From Eledone cirrhosa (lineage: Eukaryota), in NCBI GenBank assembly GCA_964016885.1, contig OZ024744.1, positions 66,650,001 through 66,714,000 of the forward strand: a stretch of 64,000 bases of DNA. Reading direction: 5' to 3'. The position numbers and the translations under genes were made by a program. Under the pieces are notes generated by a model. The model ran no database searches, was not told the DNA's origin, and saw only the letters and a program-made list of their open reading frames with translations. Positions within the stretch are counted from its first letter, which is position 1; every line of letters begins with the position of its first letter. Shown here piece after piece: positions 10,964-25,300 of the stretch.

Positions 10964-11978
10964 GAAAGTGTCTGGTGATAGGAAGGCAACCAGCCAGAAA
11001 ACGCCTGCTAAAAGATGATCCAATCAACACTGGACTCTCCCTAATATAAGGTAACACATTTCATGACTGGCACCTTTAATGTTGGTCAAGTGATATTGTG
11101 GAGATGATTGAGCAGATATGAATATATGAATAGATGTGTGCTGCTTGCATCAGCCAGACTCCCAACACGTAAACAATATAGATATAAACTCTTCAGGATA
11201 GGAAATGATGATTGGTTTGTTGCAGACCTGCCAACCTCTACAAATCCAAACGGGGAGTATCAACAAAACAAAATACCCCAAATCGGGGGAGAAATGAGGC
11301 AAAATGAGAAGATTTTATATAATGAAAGCTATATCTATTTTCACAAGAGAACACATCTCACACCCACCAAAAGTCTGTAGTTGGAGTGGACATATCACTA
11401 ACTGAGAAGTGGATATACATATAGTAAATGAGGTAGTTATAGTAAATGAAAGAAGTATCAAACTCATAATAGATGTAAGCAATAGAATGACAACAGGTTT
11501 CTCCAATTATGCATCGCAATCAAGGCAAAGTAAAGAATAAAAAGGACAATTTCTATGAAGCCCACTTATAGACAACTTCATATAACAGTTGACAGTGGCT
11601 TCATCATTCTGGCTCATAACTTAAATGGACATGTTGGGCAACACCAGAATGGCTACACTGGAGTACATGGTGGCTATGGCTATGGCTTGAGAAATGATGA
11701 GGGGTCAAGGCTCCCAGAATTTAGTGGCTCAAATTGCCTAACCAAAGCAAAACTAACTGTTTGTACTAATCAGGTGAGCATGCAAGCCATATTCATTTCA
11801 CACTTGTTAGAAAAGAGGATAGATGGATGGTTATGAATACTATTTTTTATCCTGGAGAAGACTGTACCACCCAACACAAATTAGTTATTAGTGATATCAG
11901 AATAAGAATAATGCAGAATATGAAATGCAGAAAGCCTGGAGAAAATGGGTATGGAAGTTAAAGTACCTCTCTGTTTAA

Positions 11979-12199
11979 CCCTTTACCATTTACATTACTC
12001 TATATTTACTATTGTATTTTCATGGTAAAGGCTTTATCTTACATAATTATCTCACATAGTATCAAATCTACAAGATTTTGATGTTATATATTTTGAGAAC
12101 AATACCTTAATGTAGGTATGAGCGGCCAGTTGTAGCCAGTTTGAACAGAAAGAGGTGAGAGAGTTTTGACCGGATATGGTTGGTTTAAATGCTAAAGGG
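11979..12199 (+). mobile_element. piggyBac-type MITE (~220 bp)
   Basis: TTAA|CCCTTTACCATTTA...TAAATGCTAAAGGG|TTAA. Confidence 0.9.
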
Positions 12200-12884
12200 T
12201 TAATATAGGTTTAGTAAAACTCTATGTTGTGCTTATAATGAAGTGGAAGAGGAAATAGATACATACATGCTGTGGGTTCCTATTAAAACCTGTGACCTGA
12301 GCAAGGTACCAGCCAGATGAAAGGTGCCCTGATGGTGGAATAATACTGTTAAAGATAAAGCAATTAAAACCAAGAGACAGGTATAGAAAAACTGAAAAAA
12401 ATGGCAGCAGAAAAGAACAATACCAAGTAGTTAAAAGAGAAGTTAGATAATAGATTTACAAAGCATGTTGAGTAAGAAGCCAAAAGCTGGAGGCTTGTTC
12501 ATGTCCTGAAACTTGAGGATCATATATGGGAGGTGTTCTACATTGCAAAGCAATGTGTAAGCGTTGTTGGAGAAAAGTAGGTTCAGAATGATACTGGCAC
12601 ATTTAACTTCACTGATGCTCTGAAGAGATGTTACTATGAGAAACTGATAAATATGGAGAATAAGTAGAAAGAAGAGGATCTACTCTCATTACACTCAACA
12701 GGGAGATCATCTATCAAAGTTTAAAATGATAGTGTAATAGAAAGCAATCAGGTAGATATAAAATGGAAAAGCTACTGGACCATCAGCAATAGTCACTGAG
12801 ATGTTGAAATCATCTGGTGAAATAGGAGTTGAGGTAGTCATTTGAATAGATAATCAGGTAATATATGACATACTCAATGAATGG

Positions 12885-13461
<577 letters not shown>

Positions 13462-13545
13462 TAATCATTAACCATTACAAGAGAAAATGTGATACTCAAG
13501 TAGGAAGCAACTAAAAGGATGAAATATAAAGATCCCATAACTCTT

Positions 13546-14877
13546 TGTGGAGTCGTAGAGGCACCATCATACGGTGTGTCTAGGGCACATTTAATCCTGG
13601 AGGAGTCGTAGAGGCACCATCATACGGTGTGTCTAGGGCACATTTAATCCTTGTGGAGTCGTAGAGGCACCATCATACGGTGTGTCTAGGGCACATTTAA
13701 TCCTGGTGGAGTCATAGAGGCACCATCATACGGTGTGTCTAGGGCACATTTAATCCTGGTGGAGTCATAGAGGCACCATCATACGGTGTGTCTAGGGCAC
13801 ATTTAATCCTGGTGGAGTCGTAGAGGCACCATCATACGGTGTGTCTAGGGCACATTTAATCCTGGTGGAGTCGTAGAGGCACCATCATACGGTGTGTCTA
13901 GGGCACATTTAATCCTGCTCGAGTCGTAGAGGCACCATCATACGGTGTGTCTAGGGCACATTTAATCCTGCTCGAGTCGTAGAGGCACCATCATATGGTG
14001 TGTCTAGGGCACATTTAATCCTGGTGGAGTCATAGAGGCACCATCATACGGTGTGTCTAGGGGACATTTAATCCTGGTGGAGTCGTAGAGGCACCATTAT
14101 ACGGTGTGTCTAGGGCACATTTAATCCCGGTGGAGTCGTAGAGGCACCATCATACGGTGTGTCTAGGGCACATTTAATCCTGGTGGAGTCATAGAGGCAC
14201 CATCATACGGTGTGTCTAGGGCACATTTAATCCTGGTGGAGTCGTAGAGGCACCATCATACGGTGTGTCTAGGGCACATTTAATCCTGGTGGAGTCGTAG
14301 AGGCACCATCATACGGTGCATCTAGGGCACATTTAATCCTGGTGGAGTCGTAGAGGCACCATCATGCGGTGTGTCTAGGGGACATTTAATCCTGGTGGAG
14401 TCGTAGAGGCACCATCATACGGTGTGTCTAGGGGACATTTAATCCTGGTGGAGTCGTAGAGGCACCATTATACGGTGTGTCTAGGGCACATTTAATCCTG
14501 GTGGAGTCATAGAGGCACCATCATACGGTGTGTCTAGGGCACATTTAATCCTGGTGGAGTCGTAGAGGCACCATCATACGGTGTGTCTAGGGGACATTTA
14601 ATCCTGGTGGAGTCGTAGAGGCACCATTATACGGTGTGTCTAGGGCACATTTAATCCTGGTGGAGTCATAGAGGCACCATCATACGGTGTGTCTAGGGCA
14701 CATTTAATCCTGGTGGAGTCGTAGAGGCACCATCATACGGTGTGTCTAGGGCACATTTAATCCTGGTGGAGTCGTAGAGGCACCATCATACGGTGTGTCT
14801 AGGGCACATTTAATCCTGGTGGAATCGTAGAGGCACCATCATACGGTGTGTCTAGGGCACATTTAATCCTGGTGGAG
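13546..14877. repeat. 53-bp minisatellite, ~25 copies
   Basis: Unit ggtggagtcgtagaggcaccatcatacggtgtgtctagggcacatttaatcct repeated head to tail with rare substitutions. Confidence 0.95.
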
Positions 14878-14924
14878 CCTAACCCTCTCCAGGTCTGAAC
14901 ACAGCCATTTTTTTCTATAGAGGA

Positions 14925-15085
14925 AAAAATCGACCCCCAGTACTGGACTGGCGCTTTTTATATCAACCTCGAAAAGATGAAAGGCAAAGTTGACCATGGC
15001 AGGATTTGAACTCAGAACGTGCAACAAGGTGGGATGAATACCGTAAAGCATTCTATCTGACATCTTAATGACTCTGCCAATTTGA
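14925..15085 (-). mobile_element. SINE family A-related copy (diverged)
   Basis: tcgacccccagtac...gatgaaaggcaaagttgacc...ggatttgaactcagaacgt. Confidence 0.7.
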
Positions 15086-15271
15086 TGCCTAGGAAGAAAC
15101 TACAGAGGCATAAAACTGTTGGATCAAATGATGAATGTTGTAGAAAGAGTTGTGGCTCAACTAATTGGGAAAATAGTGGAATTAGAGGAGATGTAGTTTG
15201 GCTTCTTGCAAGATCAGGCTGATATGAAGAACAACTTTGAATGGAAATATAGAAAATTGTTATAAGTTTAG

Positions 15272-15700
15272 TGAAGGCATGTAACTTAGTGATTAAAGTG
15301 TTGGGCTCACAATGAAGAGTTCAATTCCTGGACCAGGTAGCATGTTGTGTACTTTTGCAAGACTCATTATTTCATGTTGATACAGTTCACTCAGCTGGAA
15401 AAAATGAGTTATGATGTCACTGATGTCAAGATGTATCAGCTATTGCCTTTCCCTTGGACAACATCATATATAGTGTATTATATATACTATACATAGAGTA
15501 TATATAATATATATAGTGTATATATATATGTTGTGACGTCACTGATGACAAGCTGTATCAGCCTTTATGTTTACCTTAGATATCTATGGTATGGGTGTTT
15601 GCTGGTCTTCCACAAAAACACGTTACCCAGATTCCTGCTTTGGAGAGGAAATTTCTTGGTGCTAACCCATGGTTGGTTGTGACCAAAAGGGGCCACCCAT
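15272..15700 (+). mobile_element. tRNA-derived SINE (diverged) with internal partial duplication
   Basis: gaaggcatgt...gagttcaattcctggacc...; the body matches the minus-strand copy at 42060-42378. Confidence 0.6.
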
Positions 15701-16154
15701 TATAAGTTTAAGACTTTTGACCAATATGAACATGGAAGATATTATTTGGAAAAATATAGCCAAGTCAATGTTGTTTTGTTGTTTGAGTGTTTGGAAGATA
15801 TTTGTGAAATAAAAATAAAAATGTTTCAAGCAAGGATTTTGAAGAAATGCACTCAGTTCACACTATAAAGTGATAGTATTGGTGCTACAATAAAATGTAC
15901 TCACCCCACACTGCAAAATTGTAGTGATAGTGCCACAATGTAAAAGCACACAGTCAACCATGTCATGTGGTAATGGTGGTACCACAGTAAAACACACCTT
16001 GTTTATGTTAAAGTGGTTGGCATATGGAAAGACATCCAGCTGTAGTAACAATGCTTGGATTGAATGTATGAGAAAGATATGGTCACACTGACCTATCTAG
16101 CCTCAAAATGTAACAACTTTTCTAACCCATGCAAGCATGAAAAATCGACATTAA

Positions 16155-16613
<459 letters not shown>

Positions 16614-17249
16614 AGAAGTATGCTGGAAAACTGTAAATTGTCAAATTTACAACTCTCATCGTTTTCTTTGAATTGAACCATCTCCTAAAACGTTATAAAT
16701 TGCCTTTTCTCGTAGACTTACCCTATTCTACATATATTCAATAATTTGAGCAAGAGCAACAAAGAACTTTTTAATGTCTTTCTAATGTAATGGATATGAA
16801 ATTGTTTTTAACACAATGCAAATACGAATTGGTGTCGTAAAACACGCTTTATTAATCTTTTTGTGAGTTTCTGAGCATATTTCTGATGAAATACATTGTC
16901 AGGATGTTTCAATTAATTTAAAAAATAATCAAGAATTTGTAAAAGTTTAATAAGATGACTAATTTATCCATTATGAAGCTATTGTTTGGAACATAGCATA
17001 ACAGAAAATTCTTAAATAAAATTTTGAGAACAGATTTGAATTTAAATGAAACTCTTTAGAACAGATAATTTTTATCATAAAACTAAGGACAGCTTTTAAC
17101 AGTTTACTGTTTAAAGGGTTAAGTGGAAAAGGATGTCATGCTGGGTTTTTATTGCTATCCTTTAACACCAAATTAACTCTGATTAAGTAGATCTATTATC
17201 AAAGGCATTCCATTCATCATAGACTATATGGCCTTTCTTTATATAAGAT

Positions 17250-18030
17250 ATCATCATCATAGTTTTTACATCTGCTTTACCATGCTTGCATGGGTTGGAT
17301 GAGTCCTTCTAAGAATGGCATCTCTCCACTTGTCGGAGTCCTTCGTCATCTCCTCTTCCAGTCTTAAGGATTTGAGGCCAGCCCTTACAATCTCTGCCCA
17401 GGTCTTTCTTGCTCATCCACTACTGCAGCTTCCTTCCACTGGAATTCCCTGGCCTTTCTTCACCCATCAGTTATTGTCTATGTGCATACCAACGCAGTCT
17501 TCTCTCCTGCACACCTTCTCATATTTCCCTTAAACTCAGTTTTTCCTTTAGCTCATCCAAGCTCGGCACATCTAACAAAACATGGTTGCTTCCTTTCCCT
17601 GAACTGTACACATGTCCTCAGCAGTTATAGCACATGTTTCACTACCACGCAGCATCACACACTGCACACAGACATCATACAGACTTCCTTTTGTATGTAG
17701 GGAGAAAGCTTTTGTTGTCAACAGTGAGAGTAGTTCTCTAAATTTCTTCGATTCTATCCTTCTAGTTATTATACTCTTGCCACATCCTCCTCCACTACTA
17801 ATTAGGTCACCTAGATAGCAGAAGCTATCAACCACATCTATTGATCATTACTGTGACTGGAAAAGGTTTATATCATTGGCACTCTTCCTCTTTATTTCTC
17901 CTGTGAATCTTCTACATGCAAAGTTCTCTCTTCCTGTTAGTCTACTCGTTATTCTACTACATCTTTTGTGTATTTAAGATTTACATTGTGTACATTGTAT
18001 GGAGTTTATGCCTACTCCTTTTCTGGGTGT
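17250..18030 (-). mobile_element. RTE LINE 3' portion, decayed
   Basis: VDSFCYLGDLISSGGGC...KFRELLSLLT...KGSLYDVCV..MLRGSET, an upstream Cys-rich segment NSIQCTQC..IHKRCS, and the tail acccatgcaagcatgg...gatgatgat. Confidence 0.8.
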
Positions 18031-18796
18031 AATTTCAAGGAGATTTAGCTGATATTTCTAGCATATTGTGTGATCATGTAATGGTTCATTTCTCAGATGA
18101 GGTGTTGTAGGAATTAAAAAAAAAGATAAGGGGATAACGCAGTATGTCTGCATGTTAATGGCTGTAGTATGTTAGTGAGTGAAGGTTTGCCTATAAATCT
18201 CATCTCACCACCTTTGTTTGAATGTAATCTGTGTGCATAACGTTCTGTACCGTACTAAATATATGAGCAATACTGTAGTATGAGAAACACTTGTGCTTTG
18301 TAGAGATTAGCAACTGTTCAGAGTTTAAATATTACTTCAGTAAAGACAGCAACATTTTACTAAAAATCTGTTATGGACTTATTGATTGGATTTGCAATTA
18401 GTGATAAAATGATCTTGATTTTATTTTTTAAATTGATTTCCAGTGTTGTTCCTTATCTATAATTGGAACTTCAATCGTAATGATATCTATATTTTTTTAA
18501 TTAATTTTTAAGATAATTAAAGTTATTCTAATGAAGGCAGCCTTATTGGTTTGAAGTCTGCATTTGAAATATAGATCACGTTTTTAAATAGGAAATAGGG
18601 TTTTTGTAAAATTTTTTTCTACAAAATGTTATAAACTGGGAATTGAACGAATCACATGCCACTGAGATAAAAGATTATGTTATTAAGTAAGAAACTGCAA
18701 TTGCAGAGATCAGTAATTCTTATAAGATAAATAGATTCTCCATCGGTTTTGACGATGAGTGTTCCAGTCTTTTGATTAACCAAACAATCTACTGAT

Positions 18797-19008
18797 CCAG
18801 TCTTATCCAGCCAGAATCCTCCGGCTGGATAAGACCGGTTTCTCTTCAAACTGGCCATAATCGGCTGCTCATACTTATGTTAAGGTATTGTTCTCAAAAT
18901 AAATAATATCAAAATCTCATAGATTTGATATTATGTGAGATAATTATGTGAAGTAAAGCTTTTACCACGAAAATCTAATATAGTAAATATAGAGTAAATG
19001 CTAAAGGG
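18797..19008 (-). mobile_element. piggyBac-type MITE copy (one end damaged)
   Basis: Reverse copy of the 11979 MITE, ending gctaaaggg|ttaa. Confidence 0.8.
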
Positions 19009-19349
19009 TTAAACAAACAATTAACATGTAACTGGTATAGTATTCCACAGAAATATGTACCCTTTAGGAAATTCTCAGGGAGCTTCAGGATGACAAACTG
19101 TGTGATAAGTTTAGACTTTTAGATTACAGGTACAGTCCATCTGACAGACGAGTGTTCCAGTTGTTTGATTAATCAAACAATCTACTAATTAAATTGACAT
19201 GTAACTGATATAGTATTCCACAGAAATATGTACCCTTTAGGAAATTCTCAGGGAGATTCAGGATTATAAATTGTGTGATAAGTCTAGACTTATGACAGGA
19301 TTCCATGCAGTTTCTATCTATCCAGTTCCACTCACACAACTTGAGTTAA

Positions 19350-22300
19350 CCTGTGAAGCAAGGAGTGCAGCAGTGAATGACGGAGTGTACCAGTGAAGGA
19401 AGGAGTCTACCAGTGAATGAAGGAGTGTACCAGTGAAGGAAGGAGTGTAGCAGAGAATGAAGTAGTGTACCAGTGAAGGAAGGAGTGCAGCAGGGAATGA
19501 AGGAGTGTACCAGTGAAGGAAGGAGTGTAGCAGTGAATGAAGTAGTGTACTAGTGAAGGAAGGAGTGCAGCAGGGAATGAAGTAGTGTACCTGTGAAGGA
19601 AGGAGTGTAGCAGTGAATGAAGTAGTGTACCAGTGAAGGAAGGAGTGTACCAGTGAATGAAGGAGTGTACCAGTGAAGGAAGGAGTGTAGCAGTGAATGA
19701 AGTAGTGTACCAGTGAAGCAAGGAGTGCAGCAGGGAATGAAGGAGTGTACCAGTGAAGGAAGGAGTGCAGCAGTGAATGAAGGAGTGTACCAGTGAAGGA
19801 AGGAGTGTAGCAGTGAATGAAGTAGTGTACCAGTGAAGGAAGGAGTGCAGCAGTGAATGAAGGAGTGTACCAGTGAAGGAAGGAGTGTAGCAGTGAATGA
19901 AGTAGTGTACCAGTGAAGGAAGGAGTGCAGCAGTGAATGAAGGAGTGTACCAGTGAAGGAAGGAGTGCAGCAGTGAATGAAGGAGTGTACCAGTGAAGCA
20001 AGGAGTGTACCAGTGAATGAAGGAGTGTACCAGTGAAGGAAGGAGTGTAGCAGTGAATGAAGGAGTGTACCAGTGAAGGAAGGAGTGTACGAGTGAAGGA
20101 AGGAGTGTACCAGTGAAGGAAGGAGTGTACGAGTGAAGGAAGGAGTGTAGCAGTGAATGAAGTAGTGTACCAGTGAAGGAAGGAGTGCAGCAGTGAATGA
20201 AGGAGTGTACCAGTGAAGGAAGGAGTGCAGCAGTGAATGAAGGAGTGTACCAGTGAAGGAAGGAGTGTACCAGTGAAGGAAGGAGTGTACCAGTGAATGA
20301 AGGAGTGTACCACTGAAGGAAGGAGTGCAGCAGTGAATGAAGGAGTGTACCAGTGAATGAAGGAATGTACCAGTGAAGGAAGGAGTGTACCAGTGAAGGA
20401 AGGAGTGTACCAGTGAAGGAAGGAGTGTACCAGTGAAGGAAGGAGTGTACCAGTGAATGAAGGAGTGTACCAGTGAATGAAGGAGTGTACCACTGAAGGA
20501 AGGAGTGCAGCAGTGAATGAAGGAGTGTACCAGTGAAGGAAGGAGTGTACCAGTGAAGGAAGGAGTGTACCAGTGAATGAAGGAGTGTACCACTGAAGGA
20601 AGGAGTGCAGCAGTGAATGAAGGAGTGTACCAGTGAAGGAAGGAGTGCAGCAGTGAATGAAGGAGTGTACCAGTGAAGGAAGGAGTGTACCAGTGAAGGA
20701 AGGAGTGCAGCAGTGAATGAAGGAGTGTACCAGTGAAGGAAGGAGTGCAGCAGTGAATGAAGGAGTGCAGCAGTGAAGCAAGGAGTGCACCAGTTTAGGA
20801 AGGAGTGTACCACTGAATGAAGGAGTGCAGCAGTGAATGAATGAGTGTACCAGTGAAGGAAGGAGTGCAGCAGTGAATGAAGTAGTGTACCAGTGAAGGA
20901 AGGAGTGCAGCAGTGAATGAAGGAGTGTACCAGTGAAGGAAGGAGTGCAGCAGTGAATGAAGGAGTGTACCAGTGAAGGAAGGAGTGTACCAGTGAAGGA
21001 AAGAGTGCAGCAGTGAAGGAAGGAGTGTAGCAGTGAAGGAAGGAGTGCAGCAGTGAACCAAGGAGTGTACCAGTGAAGCAAGGAGTGCAGCAGGGAATGC
21101 AGGAGTGTACCAGTGAAGGAAGGAGTGTACCAGTGAATGAAGGAGTGTACCAGTGAAGGAAGGAGTGTACCAGTGAATGAAGGAGTGTACCAGTGAAGGA
21201 AGGAGTGCAGCAGTGAATGAAGGAGTGTACCAGTGAAGGAAGGAGTGCAGCAGTGAATGAAGGAGTGTACCAGTGAAGGAAGGAGTGTAGCAGTGAATGA
21301 AGTAGTGTACCAGTGAAGGAAGAGTGCAGCAGTGAAGGAAGGAGTGTACCAGTGAAGGAAGGAGTGTACCAGTGAATGAAGGAGTGTACCAGTGAATGAA
21401 GGAGTGTACCAGTGAAGGAAGGAGTGTACCAGTGAAGGAAAGAGTGCAGCAGTGAAGGAAGGAGTGTAGCAGTGAAGGAAGGAGTGCAGCAGTGAACCAA
21501 GGAGTGTACCAGTGAAGCAAGGAGTGCAGCAGGGAATGCAGGAGTGTACCAGTGAAGGAAGGAGTGTACCAGTGAATGAAGGAGTGTACCAGTGAAGGAA
21601 GGAGTGTACCAGTGAATGAAGGAGTGTACCAGTGAAGGAAGGAGTGCAGCAGTGAATGAAGGAGTGTACCAGTGAAGGAAGGAGTGCAGCAGTGAATGAA
21701 GGAGTGTACCAGTGAAGGAAGGAGTGTAGCAGTGAATGAAGTAGTGTACCAGTGAAGGAAGAGTGCAGCAGTGAAGGAAGGAGTGTACCAGTGAAGGAAG
21801 GAGTGTACCAGTGAATGAAGGAGTGTACCAGTGAATGAAGGAGTGTACCAGTGAAGGAAGGAGTGCAGCAGTGAATGAAGGAGTGTACCAGTGAATGAAG
21901 GAGTGCAGCAGTGAATGAAGGAGTGTACCAGTGAATGAAGGAGTGTACCAGTGAATGAAGGAGTGTACCAGTGAAGGAAGGAGTGTAGCAGTGAAGGAAG
22001 GAGTGTACCAGTGAATGAAGGAGTGTACCAGTGAAGGAAGAGTGCAGCAGTGAATGAAGGAGTGTACCAGTGAAGGAAGGAGTGTAGCAGTGAATGAAGT
22101 AGTGTACCAGTGAAGCAAGGAGTGCAGCAGTGAATGAAGGAGTGTACCATGAAGGAAGGAGTGCAGCAGTGAATGAAGGAGTATACCAGTGAAGGAAGGA
22201 GTGTACCAGTGAATGAAGGAGTGTACCAGTGAAGGAAGAGTGCAGCAGTGAATGAAGGAGTGTACCAGTGAAGGAAGGAGTGCAGCAGTGAATGAAGGAA

Positions 22301-25300
22301 TGTACCAGTGAAGGAAGGAGTGTACCAGTGAAGGAAGGAGTGTACCAGTGAAGGAAGGAGTGCAGCAGTGAATGACAGAGTGTACCAGTGAAGGAAGGAG
22401 TCTACCAGTGAATGAAGGAGTGTACCAGTGAAGGAAGGAGTGCAGCAGTGAATGAAGAGTGCAGCAGTGAATGAAGGAGTGCAGCAGTGAATGAAGGAGT
22501 GTACCAGTGAAGGAAGGAGTGCAGCAGTGAATGAAGGAGTGTACCAGTGAAGGAAGGAGTGCAGCAGTGAATGAAGGAGTGTACCAGTGAAGGAAGGAGT
22601 GCAGCAGTGAATGAAGGAGTGTACCAGTGAAGGAAGGAGTGCAGCAGTGAATGAAGGAGTGTACCAGTGAAGGAAGGAGTGCAGCAGTGAATGAAGGAGT
22701 GTACCAGTGAAGGAAGGAGTGCAGCAGTGAATGAAGGAGTGTACCAGTGAAGGAAGGAGTGCAGCAGTGAATGAAGGAGTGTACCAGTGAAGGAAGGAGT
22801 GCAGCAGTGAATGAAGGAGTGTACCAGTGAAGGAAGGAGTGCAGCAGTGAATGAAGGAGTGTACCAGTGAAGGAAGGAGTGCAGCAGTGAATGAAGGAGT
22901 GTACCAGTGAAGGAAGGAGTGCAGCAGTGAATGAAGGAGTGTACCAGTGAAGGAAGGAGTGCACCAGTGAATGAAGGAGCGTACCAATGAAGGAAGGAGT
23001 GCAGCAGTGAATGAAGGAGTGTACCAGTGAAGGAAGGAGTGAAGCAGTGAATGAAGGAGTGTACCAGTGAAGGAAGGAGTGTACCAGTGAATGAAGGAGT
23101 GTACCAATGAAGGAAGGAGTGCAGCAGTGAATGAAGGAGTGTACCAATGAAGGAAGGAGTGCAGCAGTGAATGAAGGAGTGTAGCAGTGAAGGAAGGAGT
23201 GTACCAGTGAATGAAGGAGTGTACCAGTGAAGGAAGGAGTGCAGCAGTGAATGAAGGAGTGTACCAGTGAAGGAAGGAGTGCAGCAGTGAATGAAGGAGT
23301 GTACCAATGAAGGAAGGAGTGTAGCAGTGAATGAAGGAGTGTACCAGTGAAGGAAGGAGTGTACCAGTGAAGGAAGGAGTGCAGCAGTGAATGAAGGAGT
23401 GTACCAATGAAGGAAGGAGTGTACCAGTGAATGAAGGAGTGTACCAATGAAGGAAGGAGTGCAGCAGTGAATGAAGGAGTGTACCAGTGAAGGAAGGAGT
23501 CTACCAGTGAATGAAGGAGTGTACCAGTGAAGGAAGGAGTGTAGCAGAGAATGAAGTAGTGTACCAGTGAAGGAAGGAGTGCAGCAGGGAATGAAGGAGT
23601 GTACCAGTGAAGGAAGGAGTGTAGCAGTGAATGAAGTAGTGTACTAGTGAAGGAAGGAGTGCAGCAGGGAATGAAGTAGTGTACCAGTGAAGGAAGGAGT
23701 GTAGCAGTGAATGAAGTAGTGTACCAGTGAAGGAAGGAGTGTACCAGTGAATGAAGGAGTGTACCAGTGAAGGAAGGAGTGTAGCAGTGAATGAAGTAGT
23801 GTACCAGTGAAGCAAGGAGTGCAGCAGGGAATGAAGGAGTGTACCAGTGAAGGAAGGAGTGCAGCAGTGAATGAAGGAGTGTACCAGTGAAGGAAGGAGT
23901 GTAGCAGTGAATGAAGTAGTGTACCAGTGAAGGAAGGAGTGCAGCAGTGAATGAAGGAGTGTACCAGTGAAGGAAGGAGTGCAGCAGTGAATGAAGGAGT
24001 GTACCAGTGAAGGAAGGAGTGCAGCAGTGAATGAAGGAGTGTACCAGTGAAGGAAGGAGTGCAGCAGTGAATGAAGGAGTGTACCAGTGAAGCAAGGAGT
24101 GTACCAGTGAATGAAGGAGTGTACCAGTGAAGGAAGGAGTGTAGCAGTGAATGAAGGAGTGTACCAGTGAAGGAAGGAGTGTACCAGTGAAGGAAGGAGT
24201 GTACCAGTGAATGAAGGAGTGTACCAGTGAAGGAAGGAGTGTAGCAGTGAATGAAGTAGTGTACCAGTGAAGGAAGGAGTGCAGCAGTGAATGAAGGAGT
24301 GTACCAGTGAAGGAAGGAGTGCAGCAGTGAATGAAGGAGTGTACCAGTGAAGGAAGGAGTGTACCAGTGAAGGAAGGAGTGTACCAGTGAATGAAGGAGT
24401 GTACCACTGAAGGAAGGAGTGCAGCAGTGAATGAAGGAGTGTACCAGTGAATGAAGGAATGTACCAGTGAAGGAAGGAGTGTACCAGTGAAGGAAGGAGT
24501 GTACCAGTGAAGGAAGGAGTGTACCAGTGAATGAAGGAGTGCAGCAGTGAATGAAGGAGTGTACCAGTGAAGGAAGGAGTGCAGCAGTGAATGAAGGAGT
24601 GTACCAGTGAAGGAAGGAGTGTACCAGTGAAGGAAGGAGTGCAGCAGTGAATGAAGGAGTGTACCAGTGAAGGAAGGAGTGCAGCAGTGAATGAAGGAGT
24701 GCAGCAGTGAAGCAAGGAGTGCACCAGTTTAGGAAGGAGTGTACCACTGAATGAAGGAGTGCAGCAGTGAATGAATGAGTGTACCAGTGAAGGAAGGAGT
24801 GCTGCAGTGAATGAAGTAGTGTACCAGTGAAGGAAGGAGTGCAGCAGTGAATGAAGGAGTGTACCAGTGAATGAAGGAGTGCAGCAGTGAATGAAGGAGT
24901 GTACCAGTGAAGGAAGGAGTGTACCAGTGAAGGAAAGAGTGCAGCAGTGAAGGAAGGAGTGTAGCAGTGAAGGAAGGAGTGCAGCAGTGAACCAAGGAGT
25001 GTACCAGTGAAGCAAGGAGTGCAGCAGGGAATGCAGGAGTGTACCAGTGAAGGAAGGAGTGTAGCAGTGAATGAAGTAGTGTACCAGTGAAGGAAGAGTG
25101 CAGCAGTGAAGGAAGGAGTGTACCAGTGAAGGAAGGAGTGTACCAGTGAATGAAGGAGTGTACCAGTGAATGAAGGAGTGTACCAGTGAAGGAAGGAGTG
25201 CAGCAGTGAATGAAGGAGTGTACCAGTGAATGAAGGAGTGCAGCAGTGAATGAAGGAGTGTACCAGTGAATGAAGGAGTGTACCAGTGAATGAAGGAGTG

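Noticed and set aside
13546-14877. CRISPR array
   Set aside because: Units are contiguous with no unique spacers, there are no cas genes, and the context is eukaryotic.
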